In this document: piece by piece, positions 18,684-27,457 of the stretch
Layout: every line of letters starts with the position of its first letter
How positions within the stretch are numbered: the stretch's first letter is position 1
Assembly (NCBI GenBank): GCA_049999805.1
Contig: JBNGIO010005679.1
Coordinates: forward strand, 62,001 to 89,457
Direction: 5' to 3'
Source of the DNA: Folioceros fuciformis
Taxonomy: Eukaryota
Length of the DNA: 27,457 nucleotides
The notes under the pieces: model-generated
Database searches by the model: none
Told to the model about the DNA's origin: nothing
Seen by the model: only the letters and a program-made list of their open reading frames with translations
Program-made: the position numbers and the translations under genes

Positions 18684-21600
18684 CATTGCCGACTAGGTCA
18701 TGTCAATTTCCAACTTTTTTCTTCTCCTACTAGAAGTGACAATTACAAAGAACCTCTCAATTTTTCATAAGATGGTTCCACATTAGGGAAGCTTGTTAGC
18801 TTAGCAAAGCTTATTCCTTTAAGGACCTTTCAAGGATAAGTTCTTGACGAGAGCAAAAGGCCTTCTCCATACCATTCACAATGACCTATGTGGGCAATGT
18901 CCACAACCTCTTTTAGCGGCGTTGACTATTTCATTACTTTTATTGACAAGTGGAGACATTATTGTATAGTGTTCGCCTTAACTTGAAATAAAAGTGAAGC
19001 ATTTTCTTGCTTTTAGTAATAGAGCTAAATCACTACAATTGAGAGGAAGACTAAAAGCAAAAGTTCATATTCTTCTTATTGACAATGGAGGTGAATATAT
19101 CAGCAATGCATTTATTTCATTCTTTGCTCCAAAAGACATTCAACATCAGTTTACGATTCCGTGTACATCTGCACAGATTTCATTTGCTAAATGAAAAAAT
19201 AGGACTTTGCAAGAGGCCGCTTTAGCATCATGGAGTTCTTAAGAGAATCCTAAGACCCGTTGATTGTATAGGTGCCACTATTTCTCCATTTTATTCTGAT
19301 GTTACCTCGAGAGTAGCACTATTTGGGAGAACGTACCACCTATAAAAAGGCCATAGAAGGACTAGAGTCCCTCTTCTGGAAGGAGGCCATAGATTCAGAA
19401 TATACCTCTCTCACACAAAACAACACTTGGAAACTGATCACCTTACCCCCGGCAGGAAGCCTATAGCTTGTAAGTGGGTCTCCAAGAAGATATTGAATGT
19501 AGACGGCACTGTGGGGAGATATAAGGCAAGTCTTGTAGCCAGGGATATAGTCAAGTCCAAGGCTTGGACTATAACAAGACCTTTTCCTGTTGTCAAGCCT
19601 ACCTCTCTTAGGATCCTATTGCTATTGTTGCCCATTACAAATTATTGGTACAACACCTTGATGTGAAGACTTTCTCAATGACTTACTAGAGGAATACATC
19701 TACATGTGCCATAGGGCTTTGTTGTTGAAAAGGACAAGGTATGCAAGTTGTTGAAGACACTTTATGGCTTGAAATAATCCTCACATGCTTGGAATGAGGT
19801 ATTTCAGTAGTTCCTTAAAGAAATTGGGTTCCTTAAAGAAATTGGGTTCATTTACATGGACAGAGACACATACAAATGGTTTGTGTGTACATATTATATG
19901 AGGGAGCAGACTTTCTAATCCTAGCTATTCATGATGTACATGATAACATCTTGTTTAGTACTCCTCTAACTCTAACCCTGATGAACAAGATTAAGAAGGT
20001 TTTACATATTAGATTTGAGATGAATGATCTAGGACAACTCACTTTTCCCTTAGATGTCCAATTCCACTTCAATGGGAAGGATGGCAATATAAACACACAT
20101 CAAGGGCACTTTGTACATCAGCTTTTGCATAGGTTTAACATGGCAGACGCTAGACTTATGTATATCTCCATGTGTGTTAGTGAGAAATTGTCCTTAGAGC
20201 CGTGCCCTAGCATAGAGGCTGAAAAACAAGAAATGGCTTCAAAGCCTTATAAGCAAGCTGTGGGATCTCTCATTTATCTATCTAATTGGACAAGGCTAGA
20301 TATTGCAAATTGGACAAGGCTAGATATTGCAAGAGCAGTAGGAACTGTTAGTCAATTTTAAGAGAATCCTAGTCTTGCTCATTAAACAACTATAAATTTT
20401 TACCTATCTCAAGGGATCTCCTAGGAAAGGATTGCATTTTGAAAAGAGTCCTACAAGCCTTTAGCTCACAATATTGTTTGCCTATCTTCAACAGCGGTTG
20501 AGTATGGAGCAACAACACAAGCTTCCGAGGAAATTTTATAGATTTGAAGTCTTCTCAATGGTATGAAACAGTTTTTTTTTTTTTCCGCGAAAAAAGAATT
20601 CTGATTATGATTGGCAGATGCCTCCCACTACAATACAAAGGGAAAAAACCTGCTAACGTATGTACATAGATCAAGCACCAAAAGAGAGGGGGGGAACTGG
20701 CCTTGAGTTCAAAACTCAAGACAAGGTGCTCAGAGAACGCTCCCCTACACAATGGTACTCGCGAACTGCCAAAAACACTTATACTCACACCTCGAAGTCT
20801 CCCAAGGACCCTAAGGGCTCACCTTCCCCAGGGGCACGAATGGTTCCAACGCGTATCTTTCCCAGGCACTAGGAATCCCGCCATCCTCCAGTCTTTCTGC
20901 TTAAATTATTTTTGACGGGATTGTTCCAAAGCTTCTGCTGCAATCAACGAATGCTCCCATATGCGCCACAACAAAGCTTTCAATGAAGCTGATTCCTGTC
21001 CTCCATAGACCATCGCGGATCAGTTGACCCAGAGATGAAAAAGGCAAGAAGACCACAGTAAGCCCCACCATTGTGTTTTAAGGAGAGGTTTGCCTGAGGT
21101 TACGTCTAGCCCAAATAAGGCTGATTGTGTCGTGATCTTGAGGTTAGCACCAGGAAAAGTCAAACCGAGCCACTTGCCCACCTCCCTCCAGATCTCTTGG
21201 GCAAAGCTACAATGAAAGAACATGTGTTGACTCTTGTTCGGGGCCCCAGCGGTGCACAGTCGACACACATCCACCCCCGTTGCAGCTAAATCCCATCCCA
21301 ACGATCCACATTAGGCAAACACACTTGAAAAAAACACAAGACCGTAGACCTGACCTTGGGGGGGATTCCTGCGGACTTCCATAGAAGTTTGATGGCTTCC
21401 CTTTGTCGCCGTCCAGCTAACTGCAATCGGGGAGCCATTGGTTGTCTTTGCTTGATTTTCTGCGCTCACAACAACCAAAGGAACAAGTCCGCCGTTGGGA
21501 AGTTGAAGAAAGACCGAGAGATAGCCTTCTTGCACCCTGGACGCATGGGCCACTTGTAGAGATCTAGTTTGACGGTCAAAGCCTAGTTCTCACCTAGTTG

Positions 21601-21900
21601 GAACCAGCACTGAACCTTTGCTTTATCGGAGGTTTGTGGCCCAATTGGGCGTTCGTCAGCAAAGAATCTTGTATTTCATGCCCGTTCTATGGTATGATAA
21701 CCAATTTGCTATTGCCTTATCAAAGAGTGTTGCCTATTCTAAACATATCGAAAATTATCATCACTTTCTAAGGCAAGTTGTTGAGAAAAAGAAGGTAAAT
21801 ATTCCTTATGTGCCCACTAGTGAAAACACTGCTAATCTTCTCACAAGAGCTTTACCCAAGCTAGTTCATGAGAAGCACACACTAGCAATAGGTGTAGTAG
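18684..21900 (+). pseudogene. Copia pol pseudogene (GAG-pre-integrase, integrase, RT, RNase H), interrupted by a LINE
   Basis: HCRLGHVNF (18684), IHNDLCG (18874), YFITFID, DNGGEY, KNRTLQE, PGRKPIACKWV, RYKASLVA, LYGLK, PYKQAVGSLIYL, STAVEY (~20490) and WYDNQFAI...SKHI...ENTANLLTRAL (21690-21853); many stops and frameshifts. Confidence 0.93.
20572..21680 (-). mobile_element. 5'-truncated L1-type LINE (ORF2 zf-RVT end, 3' UTR, poly(A)) inserted antisense into Copia RNase H
   Basis: T13 at 20572-20584. Minus-strand LLWKSAGIPPKVR...CLPNVDR and CRLCTAGAPNKSQHMFFHCSFAQEIW (zf-RVT). More CpG-rich than the flanking Copia DNA. The 5' boundary is approximate. Confidence 0.85.
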
Positions 21901-22197
21901 AAATTCCAACAGCAGAGTTAAGTTGCCCACTAGTCTCTATCCGTTCACTAACTAAGTGGGAGCTTTTTGTTCAAACATGGAGTCTTAATCTCTCTTCTCT
22001 TCATGTCATCCTTTGCTATCCTTTCCTTGCAAGCTTTACCTAGGCTAGTTCTTGAGAAGCACACACTAGCATCAAGAGTAGTAGAAATTCCATCAGCAAA
22101 GTTCAAAGGCATTGCCCACTAGTCTCTATCCTTTCACTAACTAAGTGGGAGCTTTGTGTTGATACATAGAGTCTTAATCTCTCCTATCCATGTCATC
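21848..22197 (+). repeat. Imperfect tandem duplication (~184-bp period) of RNase H end, PPT-like motif and TGTT-start segment
   Basis: 21848-22010 vs 22032-22197 share GAGAAGCACACACTAGCA, TTGCCCACTAGTCTCTATCC, CACTAACTAAGTGGGAGCTTT and GAGTCTTAATCTCTC. Confidence 0.9.
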
Positions 22198-22240
22198 ATG
22201 GAGAGGAGAGATTAAGACTCTATGTATCAACACAAAGCTC
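22149..22240. repeat. Near-perfect inverted repeat: 44-bp arms, 4-nt loop
   Basis: 22149-22192 is the reverse complement of 22197-22240 at 43/44 positions; loop TCAT. Confidence 0.97.
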
Positions 22241-22573
22241 ATATTATCATAAGCGGTTCAGTACCATGATTTCGGAAGAAGTCACATGCCCATCATTTCT
22301 TTGTTTACTAGCCCCTGGTCGTCAAAGTCAACCGGATGTGGAGTCCCCATGAACTTATGAAGATTAATGGAGGCGAGGATAATCTTACGTGACTTTCCTC
22401 AACGCGGGTAAACAGCTTGAAGAAGTTGCCCGTGGATGAAGACCAGAAGGAAGACATCGGGTACCAAGAAAGCAAGCTTGAGTGCATCAACACTTGTCAT
22501 TGTTGAAGGAGTGGATGGCGAGTAGAGGGTCGTCTCGTTGAGAACTCAGTACCTCAACCTCACTAAGTGGGAG

Positions 22574-22800
22574 TAAAGAAAACTGAAGCCGGAGTTACTG
22601 TTCAATTATGGTAGTTCAGTTCGTTACCGAAACTGCAAGTCGGTTACCTTTCCACTTGTATAAACGACTCTCCTGAAACAAAGAAGTGTGTTCAGTACAT
22701 GCCCTTTCCTTATTCCTCGTGTGCTCACCGCTCTGGCGCTTAGATCACTTTGCTTGCCTTGATGTCCACGGTCAGATAAGTCCCGCCTGAAAGTTCTTTA
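22574..22800 (+). repeat. 3' LTR (227 bp), preceded by PPT AAGTGGGAG at 22565-22573
   Basis: Starts TAAAGAA and ends TTCTTTA (7-bp terminal inverted repeat); followed by CCCAC. Confidence 0.9.
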
Positions 22801-23799
22801 CCCACAAACTTCAAATCTGGATTCAGTGTTTTTCACTGCAGACTGACCACAATGTGGACTTGAGATCCTTCCCATGGTTGCTGATCATGAATGAGACCAT
22901 ATGGTTGCAGGGAAGGGTGCTAACCTTGTTACCTGTTGAAGGCATCAGATTGAGCAGACGGTTTCCGTCTTTCTGTCAGATGACGCCTGGTTTGGTTCGC
23001 ACTTTGAGTCAACTGGCATCTCATCCAACACTGAAGGGGACCACACCTCATTAAACCATCTTGCAGGATCGAAACCAGTGCCCACGCAACCAGAACGTCA
23101 TTCTGAAGGCACTCCCTAACAGACTCGTAACAGAGAACGTAGCTTGCGGTACAGCCTGAAGTTTAATTACCTACTGGTATGGCATTGTAGCGAGCAAGGA
23201 CCCAGGGTGTCAAGATTGTTGATTGTTTCCTCAACACCTCCATGCCTCTTTGCATTGCAGGTCTCGGTGCGTATTCACTGCATGTGGGGAGTCGGTCATG
23301 TACCGATCGGCAGCTACCAGGGACTCACGGACGAAGCGCTGCGATTGAATGATGAGAAACATGTTCCCGACAAGGAATGCAAAGATTACAAAGACTGGTG
23401 TACGATCTGGCAGACAGCGGTGAGAAAAGCATGTCGATTGCGTATGTACCCTAGAAAACGCGCAGCAGGGCATGTCACGGGTTGAACGTCACACTCCAGG
23501 TGTTACTTCCTCGAGACTCTCGTCAGTGCTGGCAGTGAACTCCAATGCCGATGTCACAGCCACATTTGGAAGCATCGCGAAGCTCTAAACCACCATATCG
23601 TCTATCGGGTTTAGGCTTGGTCATCCCGAGCCCCCTTGCTTTGGGGTTGTGGTGCTGGGGCCTTTTTAGGCCGCTCTGGTGTTTTCGCCGTTTCCAGCAG
23701 CTCCAGCCCGCCTCGTCGGAGCTTGGGCTGTTTCTAGTAGCCGCCTTGGCCTTGTCTCCTCATTTTGGGTAATTTTCTTGCTTCTTCCTACTGTATTCC

Positions 23800-24130
23800 A
23801 CATTTGCAACTTGAAATGGGTGTGAATTTCCGCTTCGGGTGTCTGATCCCTGTGAATGCGGCAATTCCCTAAATCAAAGCAACAGCGGCCTTTACGGGGA
23901 ATTCCAAGCGAACTGTTGTGTATGTAGTTGGGTCCTCGCCACTGCCGCAACCGTTTTGCCCGTTCAACAGAGTTCAAACAGCATTAATTCACGGGGCTGG
24001 GAGGGAGAGGCGAGAAATGTGGCCCGTGCAATATTGCAGCCCTGAGCCCTGAGCCAAACTTGGGTTGCATTCGCAGAGCCTTGCTCAGTGTCATATCCCC
24101 GGAGCTGTATTCAATGGGAGCCCGCAGAAA
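23800..24130 (+). repeat. Duplicated copy of the GH9 upstream/promoter region (about 11855-12210)
   Basis: Colinear shared blocks CAGCGGCCTT, ACTGCCGCAACCGTTTT, TTCACGGGGCTGGGAG, GGCGAGAAATGTGGC, CAGCCCTGAGC and GCTGTATT. Confidence 0.85.
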
Positions 24131-24133
24131 TGA

Positions 24134-24416
24134 ACCTGGAGGGCCGGCCATTCCGGCTTGACCGACTGAGGGTTCCCTCCTCTAGCCTCGGTCTGGTGGG
24201 ATGATACTACGACTCTGGCGACGTCGTCAAGTTCGGCCTGCCCATGGCCTTCACCATCACGCTACTGTCGTGGACGGTGATGGAAATGGGCAAGCAGCTG
24301 GCTGCAGCGGGAGAGATGACGCACGGATAAGACGCCATCCCTTGGGGGACTGACTACCTCGTCAAAGCTCACACAGGGCTAACCGAGTTTCACGTTCAAG
24401 TGGCGGATCCGATCAA
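24134..24416 (+). pseudogene. GH9 endoglucanase pseudogene fragment (paralog of about 12516-12790)
   Basis: Reads [71 protein letters not shown]; stops at 24202 and 24328; start codon, signal peptide and 3' part deleted. Confidence 0.93.
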
Positions 24417-24419
24417 TCG

Positions 24420-24477
24420 TAGATGCATCATGTCCTGGACGATCGATGCATCATGTCCTAGATGATCGATGCATCTA
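24420..24477. repeat. 23-bp tandem repeat (~2.4 units) with palindromic GATGCATC cores at the pseudogene breakpoint
   Basis: GATGCATC at 24422, 24445 and 24468; the ends TAGATGCATC / GATGCATCTA are inverted. Confidence 0.85.
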
Positions 24478-25494
24478 AAGCCTACCTGTGGACAAACTTC
24501 CCATCTGGACTGCATGTTTATTTCAGTCCAGGATAGCGACAATCGACACTTGAAATCAATTCCGTGGCAGGTTTGAACACTGAAACCTCTATTGCCCCTT
24601 CAGGAACCAGGCTGAGAGAAATCTTCTTCATCCCTGGAACCCTTCAAGAAGTGTATGCCTTGGCATCCCTGCGGAAAATTGTTAGCTGCACTGCCGATGG
24701 TTGCGGCGGCCAGGCTCAGTCTTATGTTGCAAGGTAGCTTCCAATTTGCAATTTGGCTGTGTTTCCTACTTACCGTCTAGGACCACGAATCAGTTGACTC
24801 AGAAAACATGACACACGCGTGTCCTATCACGATTGCAAACAGCCTGAGTCGAGCGAAGGAAGTGGCCAGGGTGCTGTCTCCGAGTTTGATGGAACTTTCA
24901 CATCCAGGCCAGACAACGAAACCGACAAGCCTGTCGGTCGTTCTTATCTGCGCATGCAGCCTTTCGCATCTGGCAATCTTGCTTGTGTCACCTTCCTGGT
25001 AGACGCGGAGAAGCGAGTGCTCTATCGACCGAGCGCAATCGGAGCAGCCGTTCCACGATACAAAGCGCAGCCTACCGACTCGAGAGACAATCGTTGGCTT
25101 TCGGCCGATTGGCAGCAACAACGAGAAAGGCACGTACACTTGGGCAGCTTGGTAAAGAGCACGGAAGTGGCCAGATCTGGAGACGGGCACGAGGAAAACA
25201 GACAGGAAATGATTTGAATAAAATGATCACTTTCTAGAGAGAGCCATAAAGACGCGGATAAGAGAGCCCAGATGGATATAAGACACGATAGCGGTAGGCA
25301 GTGGACAGATTCTGGATTTACATGGACTCCGGTGATCCTGAGGACTCAGAGGCTACTTTGGTATTCCACCGGATGCGTGCCAGAAGCCAGGCTCCTGGCA
25401 CGCTCTTATTGTGCCCATGTCAAGCTACGTGCAATCAAGACATGGCTCCCCTCTCCTCCCCGTCTCTCCCATGCCCATCTGCTGCGGGAGCAGA

Positions 25495-25762
25495 TCACTT
25501 GCAGTCGCACTTGCTAGCATCGTCGTTGCACTTGCTGCAGTCAGGGTCGCCAGACTTGGCGGCCAGAACGTTCTCGCTGCAACCCACAGATTACAAAGGT
25601 CAAGCTAGCATTCGTGAAGTCACTCATCTCCAGGACAGAATCGGCTGCAAAATTGACGAAGGCACTCAGCAAGCAACAGAGAGGCGGCCCGTACATCCAA
25701 CCAAGCAGGACAGAAAGAGGAGGAGCGGAAAGCGCAAGGGCTTACAACACGACGGAGGCCAT
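25495..25762 (-). CDS. Small spliced gene for a 32-aa Cys-tailed, metallothionein-like peptide; exons 25762-25746 and 25576-25495
   Basis: ATG GCC TCC GTC GTG TT|GTAAGC...TTGCAG|C GAG AAC...TGC AAG TGA gives MASVVFENVLAAKSGDPDCSKCNDDASKCDCK. 169-nt intron, strong GC3 bias, upstream TATA box and CT-rich leader. Confidence 0.7.
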
Positions 25763-25869
25763 TCCGAATTGGAAGGGATAGAAGAGCCGAGAGCAGAGAG
25801 CGTGCGGGGAGATAACGGAGAGCGAGACAACTGGGATGGCTTGCTCATTTGCTTCGCCTTCAGCACGCA

Positions 25870-25875
25870 TTTATA
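25870..25875 (-). promoter_or_regulatory. TATA box of the small Cys-peptide gene
   Basis: GCTATAAAT on the minus strand, ~110 nt upstream of ATG 25762, followed by a pyrimidine-rich leader. Confidence 0.65.
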
Positions 25876-27457
25876 GCCCGGGGAAGGCGGAAATCGCCGC
25901 GGGCAAGCTAAACCCGGCCATGGAATCTGAGCCGGTGGTGAGTCAAAGTTGGCAATGGGGTGTGTCCCGGTCGTGGAGGTAGCTGGGGGCCTCGTGGACG
26001 AAGGACGCCAGCACAAGCTCCATGGCTCGGCCCCACTCGCTGCGTGCAGTGGTGGCGCCGCCCCTCACAATCGCGGAATGCGCCAATTTAGCCGTGCGAT
26101 TGATCGGGTGTGGCTCTAACGTTGCGTGCCCGACAAACTCCGAGATGCGCAAATTTTGTGTCCTACGTCCCGGCCCGGCCACTTTGTTGTAGCGCAGCTT
26201 GCTCCATCTGGAGCCATGGCCGTCGGCTACGGGGCGTACATTTGTCTGTATGTCGAAGATCTCACATACAGCTTCTCCACCTCTCAGGGGCCAGAGTTTC
26301 AGACGGCTACTGTACGATTGTTCTGTGGCTTCCACTCCAAGCATCCATATCGGACAGAGAAAAATCTCCCTTCTCGTTTGGCTGCTTCTAGGACATGCAG
26401 TACAGGCTGAGTGACGTGATGACCACAGTCTGCTTTGCTTGAAATTTCTTCTCGTGATCCAGATCAGCTTGCAGACATTACCTGCAGCTCTCAATATCTC
26501 TCAGGCTAAACACCCAAGAGCGTCAGAGGAGTCCTCCGATCCTTACGTCAAAGGCTGACTCACATCAGCCCCATCCACATCCAACGCTCTTCACCTGTAC
26601 GTGCAACATGAGTTGGAATTTGCAGTCTGAACCAGCACTGGGAATTTCAAACACGATGCTTTTCGTAAACACGATGCCGTCACCCTGCTTTTCGTAAACC
26701 GGAGGCTTTCAGGAGCATCCTTAATGTTGGCACCCATGGCAAGCTTTGTGCCAGAGTTTTGGACTGACATGAGGAACACCTTTCCACGTACGTACTGGAC
26801 GACAATGCGGACTGAGACAAAGGTGTACCTTCACTTCACTAAGCTCCTTCCGCTGGAAAGGGTGCAAAAGCAGTGACTTCCACGGCAAGATTTGCAAGAC
26901 ACTTGGAGACTGTCAGGAATGCACCGTGCGTCCATTGACAACACACTCCGTGGAAGAGTGGGGTCGGTAGAGTTAGCCAAGTTGGAGGCCTGCTGACGGC
27001 ACTCCACCAAGTTCTTCGTGCCGCCACTCGCCCTAGCTAAAGGGTTACCGTAAGGTGATTCCCAGAAACTTCCTAGAAACTTCCCAGATTCCCAATACCG
27101 CACTGACGGTTGATGCTTGCAAGCGACCTAGCGGACACGAAATGAATCGCCCACGTGAAGTGCGGGCCAGCTACTTGTTGCGCACACAAGCCGAGCAGAG
27201 GCAGGTATTGCATGACGTACGTGTCATTGCTCAAATTTGGCAAGCTCGGATCAGGTTCCTGGCTGTTAAGAGCAACTAGTCTATAAGGGTGGGTTCGCAT
27301 GCATGCCCAACCCGAACCTTGAAACCAGGGTGAAACTAGTGCGGCATTCGCATGTGGTGTCCAGGAACCTTAAAAAACGACCGACATCGTGCCGGTCCAC
27401 TTCGAAGTCACCGCCTCGTGTGAGTTTCAAACGTGGCGTGAACGGTTTTGGCTTGGG

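Larger units (their letters stand above)
17253..22800 (+). mobile_element. Degenerate Ty1/Copia LTR retrotransposon locus with TA...TA LTRs and CCCAC TSD; contains nested material
   Basis: Direct repeats 17253-17451 and 22574-22800; CCCAC at 17248-17252 and 22801-22805; PBS and PPT in the expected positions; INT-RT-RH order. Confidence 0.9.

Noticed and set aside
19810-20331. 18-bp (19810) and 24-bp (20284) tandem duplications in RT
   Set aside because: Ordinary slippage in a dead element.
20558-21702. ATGGTATGA as the LINE target-site duplication
   Set aside because: It is offset from the poly(T) and would imply loss of RNase H codons; the boundary is unresolved.
23144-23790. ORFs and an acceptor-like site at 23260
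   Set aside because: No recognisable domain, start or codon bias.
25301-26494. ORF-track ORFs of 191, 116 and 183 aa
   Set aside because: No recognisable motifs; they overlap the better-supported microgene and its promoter.
27065-27083. Heat-shock element (GAAACTTC twice)
   Set aside because: The 11-bp period breaks the canonical nGAAn phasing and no linked gene is visible in the window.

Overview
Eukaryotic land-plant nuclear DNA. It is probably from a hornwort or another seed-free plant, inferred from WW-type PPR-DYW boxes, dense gene packing and short GT-AG introns. Left to right: the 3' end of a probable MFS transporter; three tandem, co-oriented PLS-class PPR RNA-editing-factor genes (20, 29 and 23 motifs plus E1/E2 and a KQPGQSWWTD box), each with a separately broken DYW deaminase domain; a 3-exon GH9 endoglucanase; a convergent 2-exon class I HD-Zip gene; a 21-bp minisatellite and a Copia gag scrap; and a 5.5-kb degenerate Copia locus. 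That locus is bounded by non-canonical TA...TA LTRs with a CCCAC target-site duplication and contains a LINE fragment, a tandem duplication and a 44-bp-arm hairpin. Further right are a deleted GH9 pseudogene copy and a small spliced gene missed by the ORF track, encoding a 32-aa metallothionein-like peptide (MASVVFENVLAAKSGDPDCSKCNDDASKCDCK). Two 10-N assembly gaps are present. All calls come from manual reading; no searches were run.
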